Notes under the pieces: generated by a model | Database searches by the model: none | The model's input: the letters and a program-made list of their open reading frames with translations, nothing else | What the model was told of the DNA's origin: nothing | Part shown: positions 37,838 through 48,670 of the stretch, piece by piece | Position numbering within the stretch: position 1 is the first letter of the stretch | Layout of the letters: each line of letters opens with the position of its first letter | Assembly (NCBI GenBank): GCA_963825135.1 | Contig: CAWGRW010000009.1 | Coordinates: 2,080,001-2,144,000 of the forward strand | DNA length: 64,000 bases | Source of the DNA: an uncultured bacterium | GTDB taxonomy: Bacteria; Desulfobacterota_D; UBA1144; Nemesobacterales; UBA2774 | Reading direction: 5' to 3' | Program-made: the position numbers and the translations under genes

Positions 37838-38266
37838 TCATTCCTTGATCGGCGTCGCCGATATTACCTGTATATCGCCCAAGTCATAGTTCTGGTTCCC
37901 GGCTCCCACGGTTAAGCCGCCCTTCAGATATGTGTTCTTGCTTTTTGGCGGGAGCGTGACAGGCAGCATCCCGGTGGATGTGGCAATGATTCCGGCGGCG
38001 GGCTGTGAATACGAGGTGTAAATGAGATTCACGCGTATGTCCCTGTACGGAACGTCGGCTGTGTTCTCTATCGTGACGGAGCTCAGTATCGCGACCCTGG
38101 CGGCTGTATAAAAGGACCAGTCCGTGATCTTTATGTACCACTCGGGATGAAGCACCTGGTTGCTGTCATAGCTGAATTTATCCGAATCGACGGGGTTCTG
38201 GGCGTAAGACATCGTGCATATGCATATGAATGCCAGAGCGAACAGCATCTTTCCGAGGTTTTTCAT
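37838..38266 (-). CDS. Hypothetical secreted protein
   Basis: Signal peptide ending SYA-Q; beta-rich body. Confidence 0.65.
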   Translation of the reverse strand: MKNLGKMLFALAFICICTMSYAQNPVDSDKFSYDSNQVLHPEWYIKITDWSFYTAARVAILSSVTIENTADVPYRDIRVNLIYTSYSQPAAGIIATSTGMLPVTLPPKSKNTYLKGGLTVGAGNQNYDLGDIQVISATPIKE

Positions 38267-38378
38267 AACGCAAAGTGTAATCAATAATATTTGCATATTC
38301 CACAAATATATATATGCGGGCAAGCGGGCTATCCTCTAATCGCCGAACATGGGATATAATGTTTTAACTTCAGACGAC

Positions 38379-39026
38379 ATGAAAAAGAATCTCCTGATAA
38401 TATTGACACTTGCAGCCGCAATTGCCGGGTGGGCCCTGTTGGCGTATATGTTTCATAACTATGACTTAAGGGAGAAATACTACGGCAAGGCTTACAGCAG
38501 GCAGGCCCCGGATTTCAACCTCATCGATCAGGACGGGCTCCCCATATCCCTCAAGCGGTTCCGCGGTAAAGTGGTGCTCTTGGAGTGGGGGTACACGAAC
38601 TGCCCCGATGTATGTCCCGTAACCCTATCGAAGCTGAAAAAAGTGATGGAGGAGCTTGGTAACCGATCTGCCGATGTGCAGGTCCTCTTTATAACCGTTG
38701 ACCCCGAGAGGGATACGCCAGAGAGGTTAAAAGAATACATACCTTACTTCAATAAGGACTTTATAGGCGTGACGGGGACACCGGAAGGGATAAAAAAAAC
38801 GGCCAGGGATTACGGGGTTACAATTGTGAAGCACGAGGAAGTTTACGGGAGGAGCGAGAAGGACCACTGGGACAAGTACCTCATGACCCATACTAACACT
38901 GTATTTCTCGTCGACGGGGACGGCACGCTGCTCTTGACGTACCCCCATTACCTGCTCGAGCCCGCAAAAATCACTTCCGATATTAAAAGGCTATTGCGGG
39001 AAAAGGAAAAAATCCCTACACTGTAG
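38379..39026 (+). CDS. SCO1/SenC-family copper chaperone
   Basis: GYTNCPDVCP (CxxxC), TVDPERDT and a conserved His (MTH). Confidence 0.95.
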   Translation: MKKNLLIILTLAAAIAGWALLAYMFHNYDLREKYYGKAYSRQAPDFNLIDQDGLPISLKRFRGKVVLLEWGYTNCPDVCPVTLSKLKKVMEELGNRSADVQVLFITVDPERDTPERLKEYIPYFNKDFIGVTGTPEGIKKTARDYGVTIVKHEEVYGRSEKDHWDKYLMTHTNTVFLVDGDGTLLLTYPHYLLEPAKITSDIKRLLREKEKIPTL

Positions 39027-39054
39027 ATATAGTGAATTCGGGACAGGAGGATAC

Positions 39055-40524
39055 ATGCGATACCACGCCGGAGCCGCAGGCACATTATTAATAATTTTCA
39101 TCATTTCCTTTTTGTCGGTAAGCGGATGCGAAACCACCCATCATAAGCCTGACGGAGAGGCCTTTCACAATCCTCCCATTATATCCAGCGTAGGAGGAGT
39201 GATCGACGAGGACTTCGATGTCCTGTTCTCTCAGAACGAAGTAAACGGAAAACAGTTCGTGAGCCCAACTTACAACGGCGAATATACGCCGCCTGTGCTA
39301 AGGGTGAACCCGGGCGATACGATAAGGCTCAGGGTACACAACCTGATAGACCAGATGACGAACGTCCATTATCACGGCATGAATGTAAGCCCCTTGAGCC
39401 CTTCTGACGATATATTCATCATGATAACGCCGTCAGGGAGCTTCGACTATGAAGTCCAGATCCCCGATGACCACCCTGTAGGTATGTTCTATTATCATGC
39501 CCACCTTTTCGGTCTCACGGAATATCAGATTATGAGCGGACTTTCGGGGGGGCTGATCGTCAACGGAGTGCTCGCCCCGTTCCCTCAGCTCCAGGGCGTT
39601 AAGGAGCAGATCATGTACCTGAAGGACGTGCAGATAATAGACGGTCAGGTGCCGCAGGGAGATGATATAGATATTAGCGCGCCTACGAACCCAACGGTCA
39701 ACGGACAGACGAACCCGGTGCTGACGATACGACCCGGCGAGACGCAGTTCTGGCACATCGCCAATATCGGCGCCGACCACTACTATGACCTGGTACTCGA
39801 AGGCCATCAGTTCTATGAAATTGAAAGAGACGGCAACAGGCATAACCAGACCGTGGTAAAGGACGAGGAATACATGCCGACCGCTTCCCGTGTCGGGGTT
39901 CTGGTCCAGGGCGGCAAGCCGGGGACATACAGGCTGAGGGCGAGGAAAATAAGCACCGGTCCCCAGGGAGACCAATACGGAGGAGAGACTGTGCTGACGA
40001 TGGTCGTCGAGGGCGACCCCGTCGAGAATCCGATCGAGCTTCCAATTTCCCAGGCCGAATTTCCTGTCGTTGAGAATCTGTGCGACCAGCCGGTCCAGAG
40101 GAGCAGGAATTTCGTATTCTCCGAAACCGAGGACGGGGACACCTTCTTCATTAACGGCAAGGAATTCGACCCCGAGCGTGTGGATACTGTGGTGCATATC
40201 GGGGGCCTCGAAAGATGGACGCTTCAGAATACGTCTCAGGAGCTCCATGTATTCCACATTCACTTGACGGACTTTCAGGTATGCGAGATCAACGGTGTTG
40301 AGCAGCCGTTCATAGGGTATCAGGATACCGTGAACCTGCCTTATGAGGGACAGGACCCGGACTTTGACGGGCCCGGTGAAGTCGTGGTAGTCATCGATTT
40401 CAGGAACCCCATAATAGAGGGCAAGGCGGTTTACCATTGCCACATCGGACAGCACGAGGATAACGGAATGATGGCCGTGTTCGAGGCTTGTTTTGCCGAC
40501 GACTGCCCTCCCGAGGAGATGTAA
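39055..40524 (+). CDS. Multicopper oxidase (probable lipoprotein)
   Basis: HYHG, YHAH, HVFHIH and HCHIGQHEDNGM copper motifs; VSGC lipobox. Confidence 0.95.
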   Translation: MRYHAGAAGTLLIIFIISFLSVSGCETTHHKPDGEAFHNPPIISSVGGVIDEDFDVLFSQNEVNGKQFVSPTYNGEYTPPVLRVNPGDTIRLRVHNLIDQMTNVHYHGMNVSPLSPSDDIFIMITPSGSFDYEVQIPDDHPVGMFYYHAHLFGLTEYQIMSGLSGGLIVNGVLAPFPQLQGVKEQIMYLKDVQIIDGQVPQGDDIDISAPTNPTVNGQTNPVLTIRPGETQFWHIANIGADHYYDLVLEGHQFYEIERDGNRHNQTVVKDEEYMPTASRVGVLVQGGKPGTYRLRARKISTGPQGDQYGGETVLTMVVEGDPVENPIELPISQAEFPVVENLCDQPVQRSRNFVFSETEDGDTFFINGKEFDPERVDTVVHIGGLERWTLQNTSQELHVFHIHLTDFQVCEINGVEQPFIGYQDTVNLPYEGQDPDFDGPGEVVVVIDFRNPIIEGKAVYHCHIGQHEDNGMMAVFEACFADDCPPEEM

Positions 40525-40581
40525 CGGGGCTTGAACTTGATCTGATGTGTTAGATTATAATTGACTGGCAACCATCTGGAA

Positions 40582-41605
40582 TTATGCTATTTTCTCGGAA
40601 GCGAGGGTTTCCAGTTGCTTCATAGTTGCGAGGACGAGTTCTTTTAGCCCGGCTCCTGTTGCGGAGGATACGGGGCAAATCGTGATTCGCTTTTTATCGA
40701 AATATTTTTTGACCTCTTTGAGCTTCTCTCTAGCTTCCGTAATGTCTATCTTATTGGGCGCGACGATCTGGGGTTTCCTCGAAAGCTCCGCGCTGTAAGC
40801 TTCGAGCTCCCTGTTCAGGGTCTCGTAATCGTCGAGAGGATCCCTTCCCGTATCCGGAGAAAGGTCGATGAGGTGTATGAGAATCTTCGTGCGCTCGACG
40901 TGCCTCAAGAACTGGATGCCGAGTCCGGCCCCTTCATGAGCGCCTTCAATAATGCCCGGGTATATCGGCGATAACAAACGTTTTTCCGTCCCCGTAGCTT
41001 ACCACCCCAAGGTTCGGTACGAGCGTCGTGAAGGGGTAATCCGCGACCTTCGGTCGTGCGGCCGATATTCTGGATATGAGCGTGGATTTCCCGGCGTTCG
41101 GAAACCCTATTATGCCCACGTCCGCGAGGAGTTTCAGCTCGAGGAGTAATGTCTTCTCCTCGCCTTCGCCGCCGGGCTCGGCTATCTTCGGCGCCTGGTT
41201 GGTCGATGTCGCAAACCGGGCGTTTCCTTTGCCGCCCCTGCCGCCTTTCGCGACGAGCAGCGTTTCATCCTTTTCAGTAAGGTCTCCGAGGACCTCACCC
41301 GTTCCGAAGTCCCTGACAATCGTTCCCATTGGCACAGGGATGTGGAGCGTCTCGGCGTTTTTCCCGTGCATATCCTTTCCCTTTCCGTGCTCGCCTCTTT
41401 TCGCCCTGTAGTGCTGCTTGTATCTGTGGTCGAGGAGTGATGTCATGTTTTCATTCGTTATGACCACTACGTCGCCGCCGTTTCCGCCGTCCCCCCCGTT
41501 CGGGCCGCCGTGCGGGACGTACTTCTCCCTCCTGAAACTAACGCAGCCCCTGCCTCCGTCCCCGGACTTCACGTATATCTTCGCTTCATCAATGAACTTG
41601 ACCAT
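40582..41605 (-). CDS. obgE: GTPase ObgE/CgtA (frameshift near 40955, probably a sequencing error)
   Basis: Gly-rich Obg fold, [22 protein letters not shown] and NKID motifs split across two ORFs by one extra base. Confidence 0.95.
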
Positions 41606-41778
41606 GGGCTGTTATTATAATCGATTATTAAGAATATTCCGGCGAAGACCAAATCGGGTCGTCACGGAGAAAGCGCGTCGAGCTGTAATGTATAATTAAA
41701 ATGGTCGTACGAGACAGCAGACTGTATAGCTCAGTTTGAAACTGTTTAGAAAAATAAACCCTTCGGGAGAGAAACCAA

Positions 41779-42576
41779 ATGTCCAAATCTACTTCGAGAC
41801 AGCACGGATGGACGTCGTCTTCGGAAAACCGGGAGCCCGTGCCCGAGCCCTCTTATGCGGAGCGAGTCAGGACACTCGTATACAGGAACAGAACAGGGAC
41901 GCTATCGACGAATTCTAAGAAGCACCCGGGCTCGCCCTTCGGCTCGCTCATGCCTTACGGGCTCGACGCCAAAGGGCGTCCTATACTCCTTATCAGCACC
42001 ATGGCCGTGCATACTCAAAACCTCGAGCGCGACCCGCATGCGAGTCTCTTTATATCGCAGACCGATACCCAGGGAGACCCGCTCGACGCATCGCGCGTTA
42101 CGCTGATCGGCGGGGTGTCGAAGGTCCCCGGGGGCGAGACCGGCGAGGCCAGGGAGCTTTATCTCTCCCGCTACAGAAACGCCAGCTACTGGGTCGATTT
42201 CGATGATTTCTTTTTCTACCGCATGGATATCGCGGATATTTATTTCGTGGGCGGCTTCGGCGCGATGGGGTGGGTGACCGCGGAAGAATATTACGGGGCC
42301 GGAGTCGATCCGCTCGCGGACGACTCTCAGGGGATAATCTGGCATATGAACGAGGATCACCGTGACGCGCTCTTACTACTCGCGAAGGGGTTCGCAGGAG
42401 TGAACGCGGAAGAGGCCTCGATGACGTCTGTCGACAGGTTAGGATTTCACTTGCGGCTCAGGGCGGGCTCCGAGGTGTTCAGCAGGCGGATCGGTTTTAT
42501 CAGGGAGGCGAGGAGCAAGGAGGAGGCCCGGGAAGTGATCGTGGAAATGGTGAGGCGCGTGAGGGAAGGAGAATAG
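41779..42576 (+). CDS. HugZ-like pyridoxamine 5'-phosphate oxidase-family protein with DUF2470
   Basis: PFGS, HTQNL, VGGFG and HMNEDH motifs. Confidence 0.88.
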   Translation: MSKSTSRQHGWTSSSENREPVPEPSYAERVRTLVYRNRTGTLSTNSKKHPGSPFGSLMPYGLDAKGRPILLISTMAVHTQNLERDPHASLFISQTDTQGDPLDASRVTLIGGVSKVPGGETGEARELYLSRYRNASYWVDFDDFFFYRMDIADIYFVGGFGAMGWVTAEEYYGAGVDPLADDSQGIIWHMNEDHRDALLLLAKGFAGVNAEEASMTSVDRLGFHLRLRAGSEVFSRRIGFIREARSKEEAREVIVEMVRRVREGE

Positions 42577-42582
42577 CCCTTT

Positions 42583-43561
42583 ATGAGAAAAAGGAACGCT
42601 ATAATACTTGGCGCCGGGGTGTCGGGTCTTACATGCGGGGTCAGGCTATTGGAGCAGGGGGTTGATGTCAGGGATAGCCGCCTATTCGCTCCCCCCGAAT
42701 ACCACATCGGATGTCGCGCCGGCGTACTGGTATCCGTATAAGGTCGCGCCCCGGGACAGGGTGCTCGGCTGGGCGGCCTTTTCGTACGGGAGGTTCGTCA
42801 ATCTGAGCCTTATCCCCGAAACCGGCATCTCGATGTCCCCTCTGCTCAAGATATTCGATGAGAAAGTAGAAGAGCCGTTTTGGAAAACCGCGGTGAGTGC
42901 GTTCCGAAGGGCAGGGCCGGAGGAGCTTCCTCCGGGCTATGTGGACGGGTTCGTCACGGAAGTGCCGCGTATAGAGACCCCGGTATATATGCGGTACCTC
43001 CTCAATAGGTTTACTGAATTGGGTGGGGTATTGGAAAAGCTCGACAGGGAAGTGGTTTCCCTCGAGGATATTTCGGGAGACAGGCGGTTACTCATTAACT
43101 GTGCCGGGCTCGGAGCGGGGAAATTATGTCGAGACGAAAACACCTTTTCGATCCGCGGGCAGATAGTGTTGGTGAGGAATGTCGGTTTGAATCGTATTAT
43201 CAGCGTAGAATCGGGGAAGCTCGCCCCTATCTACATAGTGCCCCGGAACGAGGACTGTGTTCTCGGAGGGACAGCGGAAGAGAATGACTGGAATCTGAGT
43301 ATTGACCCCGAAACCTCTGACAAAATATTGGAGAAGTGCATCGCAATCGAGCCCCCGCTGGCAGATGCGGAGGTTATCGGCCATAGGGTCGGGCTCCGCC
43401 CTGGAAGGTCGGAGGTAAGGCTCGAGATCGAAGATCTGCCCGGCGGCAGGGCCCTAGTACACGACTACGGCCATGGTGGTGCGGGGTTTACGCTATCGTG
43501 GGGCTGCGCCGAGGAGGTGTATAAGCTCGCGGAGGATTTCTTTTCCCGAACCGGGAATTAA
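42583..43561 (+). CDS. D-amino-acid oxidase-like FAD oxidoreductase (frameshift near 42672)
   Basis: ATG at 42583 gives MRKRNAIILGAGVSGLT; continues in the listed frame with NCAGLG, RGQ, VGLRP and YGHGGAGFTLSWG. Confidence 0.9.
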
Positions 43562-43731
43562 TCACGGAATCTCCGCGTTATTCTTTCGATTGGATCAACC
43601 GTTAATGCAGTTTATACAAAGTATTTGGCGTTCTCCGTTAAAACATTAGACTCGGTGGTTGAAATGGTATCGAAAGATATACTGCCCGCTTTCAGGGATT
43701 GAGCGATCGGGGCTGATACCCGCGTAAAGTT

Positions 43732-44154
43732 TTATTCCTTGACGTTTGCCTGCTTCGCGACTTCAAGCTGCATTACGTTCTCGAGCACATCCGCCCAGTA
43801 GCGCCACCAGTAGGAGTTTTGCTTGTGCGCGTTCTTCTGGACGTCTGCCCACGATATCACCTGATGTATGTCTCCGTGAAAGAGGAAGAGCTTCTCTGCA
43901 GCGTCTTTGGCCTCATCCGGGTCGACCTGGATTTTATCGAGCTGTGTTTCTATCTGGTTTTTTATTTCGTCTATATACGGGCTTATCTTGTCGGAAAGCT
44001 CTTTTATCGCTTCGGTAGCCTGGATCAAGTCTCCTTCGAGGTCTTCCGAGTTTTTATTAATAACATCGACGAAGTCGAGGATTTTATCTGCGTTGAGTCT
44101 GGCTTTCGTGCTCTCTTTCGAAAGGTCTGTAAGCTCTTTAGCGTTAAGGGCCAT
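43732..44154 (-). CDS. Hypothetical helical protein
   Basis: AAGGAG RBS; 140-aa ORF of coiled-coil-like composition. Confidence 0.7.
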   Translation of the reverse strand: MALNAKELTDLSKESTKARLNADKILDFVDVINKNSEDLEGDLIQATEAIKELSDKISPYIDEIKNQIETQLDKIQVDPDEAKDAAEKLFLFHGDIHQVISWADVQKNAHKQNSYWWRYWADVLENVMQLEVAKQANVKE

Positions 44155-44224
44155 AATATTTCTCCTTTCTATGTTGTGTGGGAATTATAAGGTTAGCACT
44201 TTTTATCGAAAATAACAGTTTCGA

Positions 44225-44890
44225 TTAAGGGAGAATAGCCTTTAGCTCCTCGTCGGCCTGGGCTTTTTCTCCGAGCGCGGGTTCGAGCTCGATGGCCCTT
44301 TTCAGGTCTGAGACGGCCTTTTCGGGTTCACCCGCTCTGAGGAGAAGGCCCGCACGGTTATAGAGTGCGTCCGAGTAATCGGGGTCGATCTCGAGCGTCC
44401 TGTCGTAAGCCTTGAGCGCTCCTTTTAGCTTGTCCAGATTCTGGAGCGATACCGCCTTGTTATACCAGGCTTCGACGTAATTCCCCCGTATGGCTATAGC
44501 CCTGTCGTACGCCTCGATCGATTCGAGCTCTTTGCCTAACGCGCTGAGAGCGGCTCCCTTGTTGCACCATGCAACGGGGAAACCGGGATTCAGCTCTACA
44601 GCCTTAGCGGCGGCTTCGAGCGCGGCTTCGTATCTGCCAAGCCTCCCCAGAGCGGACGCCTTGTTGTTCCAGGCCTCTGCGTAACGCGGATTTATAGTTA
44701 ACGCATTGTCGTAGGCCCTGATTTCATCTTCCGTGCGGCCCATGACCGAGAACGTAATGCCCTTGTTGTACCAAGCCTCCGCGAAATCGGGGTTAAGCTC
44801 GATCGCTTTATCGAGCGCCTCGATCGCGCGGTCGAATTCGCCTTTGTAATAATAATCGGTCGCTTCTAATACGAGATCTTCGGGGTTCAT
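44225..44890 (-). CDS. Tetratricopeptide-repeat protein
   Basis: Repeated 34-aa AWYNKG/AWNNKA units. Confidence 0.95.
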   Translation of the reverse strand: MNPEDLVLEATDYYYKGEFDRAIEALDKAIELNPDFAEAWYNKGITFSVMGRTEDEIRAYDNALTINPRYAEAWNNKASALGRLGRYEAALEAAAKAVELNPGFPVAWCNKGAALSALGKELESIEAYDRAIAIRGNYVEAWYNKAVSLQNLDKLKGALKAYDRTLEIDPDYSDALYNRAGLLLRAGEPEKAVSDLKRAIELEPALGEKAQADEELKAILP

Positions 44891-44900
44891 CGCATGTCCG

Positions 44901-45746
44901 TTACCTGACCGGCCTGTATACCACCAGTCCGGGCTTATTTTTCATGTATTCGCTCAGGTTTTCATCGACGACCTTTTGATTCTTTTCCTTCGATGACGCG
45001 TGCCTTAAGAAAGCCTTGCCGTTTTTCTTGATGACCATCCCTGAATGAGAGACGTCGAGACCTTCCTTCTCGGTGTATATGCCGACGAAGTCGCCGGTCA
45101 TAAGATTGCTCAAAACGGATGCGTCGAGTGCGTCCGAAGGTATATAGTAAATGGTCCTGCTTACTACGGGGATTCCCGGCAGGTAATACGTGCCGTCGCC
45201 TTTACGGTTCAGGTATTTCGATGCCTCCATTGTTTTATCTCCGCCCAGGGCTGAAGTCACGTCCTTTATATATGTGGAATTGTATACAGGCCAGTCGGAT
45301 AAGAAATGATTCCTGTTAGGAAACGCGACAACGCCGTTACGGTACCTTATCTTCCTGAGCGTGTCCTTAAATTCCGGGAACGACCCGGAAAGGCTCATGG
45401 CCTCGACGTAATCAATGAACGTGAAGCAGTCCATGCCCTCGAGGTCGATCGTGAATACTTCGGGGGTTTTAATGTCCCCGGTGAGTGTCGAGCCCGCGTA
45501 CGGCGTGCCGATAAATTTACCCGATATAAAATTTATCCGGTCGCCTGCGCCCCCGAGTTTCGAGGATTCGGTCATGATTTCGGTAAGGCCGCCCTCGGTC
45601 CATTTGCCGAGCTCGATAACCTCCGTCATGTTCTCACCTGCTCCTGCCTCGGCGTAAGCGACGAACGATGCGAGACAGCACACTACTGCCAATGTGATAG
45701 ATAGGATACGTAATTGCGAAAAAATCATATGCGGCCCTGTGCTCAT
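44901..45746 (-). CDS. DUF1460 amidase-like (permuted NlpC/P60) protein
   Basis: FIGTPY, MDCFTFIDYV, RNHF and GLDVSHSG motifs. Confidence 0.88.
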   Translation of the reverse strand: MSTGPHMIFSQLRILSITLAVVCCLASFVAYAEAGAGENMTEVIELGKWTEGGLTEIMTESSKLGGAGDRINFISGKFIGTPYAGSTLTGDIKTPEVFTIDLEGMDCFTFIDYVEAMSLSGSFPEFKDTLRKIRYRNGVVAFPNRNHFLSDWPVYNSTYIKDVTSALGGDKTMEASKYLNRKGDGTYYLPGIPVVSRTIYYIPSDALDASVLSNLMTGDFVGIYTEKEGLDVSHSGMVIKKNGKAFLRHASSKEKNQKVVDENLSEYMKNKPGLVVYRPVR

Positions 45747-45886
45747 GAAGACCTCTTTTGGTGATCGTAGAAGTGTACCAGTACGCCGGGCCTAAAGGAA
45801 CTGTCGGCCGTCATGAGAACGATGTGCCTTCACGGTCGTTTATATTGCAGTCCGCAAGCAGCGAGTTTAGCCCTATTGAATGTCTT

Positions 45887-47116
45887 TTATTCGAATACCT
45901 CGTCGAGCCAGTCAAGAGCGACGGCGGCTGCGTAAGAGGGGTTCCCCACCTGGCAGTGCGTGTCGGCTCCTTCTAATTCCGTGAACCGGTATTTCGTTAC
46001 GGGCCCCGAGACTTTTTCGGCGAACTCGTTAAATTGTTTCTCGGGCTCTCCCCCCTCGCCCGAGCCTTCGAGCGCGAGGCAAGGGCATTTGATGTTCTTC
46101 ACCACGGCGTCGCCAACGTTAAATTCCCTCAGATAAATGAACGTGTCCCTGAACGTGGGCTGTCCATAGCGCACGATCAGGTTCGTGGTCCTCGATTTCG
46201 CTTCCGGAGGGAACACATCGTCCGGGATATTGGGGATGTCCTCTAATGTGAAATTCCGGTCGTCCGGTATCTCCGCGGGGTCGTAGCCGATAAATGCGCT
46301 CAGGTAATCGTGCAGGTTCATTATGGGGGAGTTCGGGATGAGGGCCTTTATCCTGGGCTCGTGAGCAGCGGACCTCGCCGAAAAATATCCGCCGACGCTT
46401 ATTCCCATGAGGGCAAGCCTCGCGGGGTCTACCTCGGGTCTCTCGATAATAAAGTCAATTACGGTTTTCGTGACGTTCTCGAAATCGGGCTCGAAGTGTG
46501 TGTTCGCAAAAAACCTGTAAAGGTCCATCTGACCCGGCCCGGCATAGAGTACGACGTTGTATCCCCTTTCGAGAGCCGGATAGCCGTGCATCAAGTACTC
46601 CTCTTCGAGAGTGCCGTCGAATCCGCTCACGATGAGGAGTGTTTTCCTCTTCTGCGCTTCGGGGCTTGGTGTCATGATGTAGACGGGGAGATCGATATTT
46701 TTATAAGTCAGCATCTCTTCCTCGAAGGTATGCCAGACGTACTTCATGGCTTCGATGAAACAGTCGCGGGATTTTATACCGAGGTCCCTGTGCGCGGGGT
46801 CGAGGGGGCTGGTGTAATACTCGGCCGCGCGGAAGGAATTCGAGGCTTTAAAAAACAGGTCTCGGGCGCTCGTCGTGTGTCCCTTCGACGCGCGCTTGTG
46901 CGCGTCCTTCTGCTGCCACCGGGCGAGCTTCGCGAATTCGTCAACCCAGCTTTCCGGGTCTCCGTCCTTTATGCGCGCCGCGGTCGAGAGGCATTCGCCC
47001 ACGGACGCCCCTCCGAAAGAGGCTGAGCCCAATTGCCTCATGAGCTGAAAGTCCATTTCATCGTTCTCGAAACCCTTGACTCTGGTCTTGCTTCGGGTTA
47101 TTTCCGCCACGGTCAT
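45887..47116 (-). CDS. Alpha/beta hydrolase (2,6-dihydroxypseudooxynicotine-hydrolase-like)
   Basis: GISVGG nucleophile elbow, SGFDG, GPGQ and GADTHCQ motifs. Confidence 0.88.
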   Translation of the reverse strand: MTVAEITRSKTRVKGFENDEMDFQLMRQLGSASFGGASVGECLSTAARIKDGDPESWVDEFAKLARWQQKDAHKRASKGHTTSARDLFFKASNSFRAAEYYTSPLDPAHRDLGIKSRDCFIEAMKYVWHTFEEEMLTYKNIDLPVYIMTPSPEAQKRKTLLIVSGFDGTLEEEYLMHGYPALERGYNVVLYAGPGQMDLYRFFANTHFEPDFENVTKTVIDFIIERPEVDPARLALMGISVGGYFSARSAAHEPRIKALIPNSPIMNLHDYLSAFIGYDPAEIPDDRNFTLEDIPNIPDDVFPPEAKSRTTNLIVRYGQPTFRDTFIYLREFNVGDAVVKNIKCPCLALEGSGEGGEPEKQFNEFAEKVSGPVTKYRFTELEGADTHCQVGNPSYAAAVALDWLDEVFE

Positions 47117-47228
47117 GCTCCGGGATGTGCTTTTTTCTGGTTCGAATATAGAAAACGCTAATTACTATACTGTTTCGACGAAGACATAACAACATTCTAG
47201 TTACCGCCCGCATTCGTTGCCTTAATCC

Positions 47229-48610
47229 TATACTGCTCCCCATTAAGAAGATAGTAGGACACTACAGTGGAAGAAGAGCTACAAGCAGAGAATGGCTGGA
47301 AGCCTTGCACCGGTTCAGGCGGAAGAAGAGTATTTTAGGAATCATATTTCCCGTTTAAACGCAGCTTGATAGAAATGGGGAGCAGTACAACTTTAATAAG
47401 AAATGCTGAGAGACAGATTACTTTATCTCAGTCGCAAGGTCTAAAGTCCAGTATGTTTCCATTTTGCCCTTGAACTTACCTTTATCAACCCCGACCCCGA
47501 CATCTTCATAAGAAGGGTCCATTATGTTCGCACAGTGACCGGGGGAATTGAGCCATGCGTCCATAACAACAGCCTCGAGATCGAACCCGACCGCGATATT
47601 CTCCCCCCAGTTACTCGGGTCATAGCCTTCGTTCATGAGCCTGTCCCCCGGGTCTGAGCCGTCAGAGCCCTCATGGTCGAATAACTTGTTCTTGGCCATA
47701 TCGGTCGAGTGGCTGAGGGCGGCTGCCGCAACCCTGTCGTCCCAGTTAAGTGGAGGAGCCGCGGGGAAAAACGTATCGCCGCAGTTCCTTGCTTCCGCCC
47801 GGACGTTATTGATCAGATCGAGCATCATGACCTCGTTGTGCCCTTCACAACTAGTGAAGGCATGTAATCTTATTTGGTCCAGGCATTCATCTATACCGAG
47901 ACCGCCATTTAGAAAATCAGTTCCCCTACCACCTTTCAATGTATCATTGCCGGTCTTGCCTCTTAAAGTATCGGCTCCTGGTCCCCCAAAGAGCTGATCG
48001 TTTCCAGCTCCACCTATGATTAAATCATTACCTAATCCCCCGCATATTGTGTCGTCACCCCCGAGGCCCCTAATTACATCATTCCCAGCAAGTCCGACGA
48101 TGACATCCGGACCAGGCGTGCCGTCAATCATGTCATCAGCAGGCGTGCCTATGATTGTGGCTTCCAGACCGTTGCATTTGGGTTGAGCAAAAACTGAATC
48201 AGCGTACAATGCGCTGACGGCAAGCGATAGAAATAACAAAATAATCAACTTACTTAATCTCATGAAGATATTCATGTACCCACACGCCTCATATGTAATA
48301 TTGGCCCATAACATAATTCTCCGATACTAATTCTAATGCTCTTAAATTATTTTTGTTGAAGTACTTACAAGCCCTTCGTATTTAGATTTATGTATAAATT
48401 ACTTTTCAGGCCAAATTATAACTAATGAGTATTATGCAATGTAATTTGAAATGACTTTTCTTGATTGCTGGGCTTGCTAAAATCGGATAAAGAGCTAAGC
48501 ATGATAGGGTGTTAACTTTCAAGAGTAAAGCAATATATAAAGTTATAGGAAGTTGCCACACACTTCAAAATCCCAACTTAAACCCAGCTTGACTAAAGGG
48601 GAGCAGTACA
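47229..48610. mobile_element. Non-autonomous IS3-like cassette (IS ends, 4-bp target duplication, passenger gene)
   Basis: Left end TATACTGCTCCCC (47229); right ends GGGGAGCAGTACA ending at 47389 and 48610; ATCC immediately flanks both outer ends; AT-rich interior; no transposase ORF. Confidence 0.7.
47418..48314 (-). CDS. Secreted protein with RTX-type Ca-binding repeats and a CAP (SCP) domain
   Basis: GGxGNDxL repeats; [21 protein letters not shown] and [15 protein letters not shown] motifs. The true start may be a later Met. Confidence 0.92.
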   Translation of the reverse strand: MLWANITYEACGYMNIFMRLSKLIILLFLSLAVSALYADSVFAQPKCNGLEATIIGTPADDMIDGTPGPDVIVGLAGNDVIRGLGGDDTICGGLGNDLIIGGAGNDQLFGGPGADTLRGKTGNDTLKGGRGTDFLNGGLGIDECLDQIRLHAFTSCEGHNEVMMLDLINNVRAEARNCGDTFFPAAPPLNWDDRVAAAALSHSTDMAKNKLFDHEGSDGSDPGDRLMNEGYDPSNWGENIAVGFDLEAVVMDAWLNSPGHCANIMDPSYEDVGVGVDKGKFKGKMETYWTLDLATEIK

Positions 48611-48670
48611 ATCCATATCTATCGGCTGACGCCGTAAGATATTCTTTGATTATGGTGTTATGATTTAAGT

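Noticed and set aside
39433..40455. 340-aa minus-strand ORF
   Set aside because: Antisense shadow of the multicopper oxidase gene.
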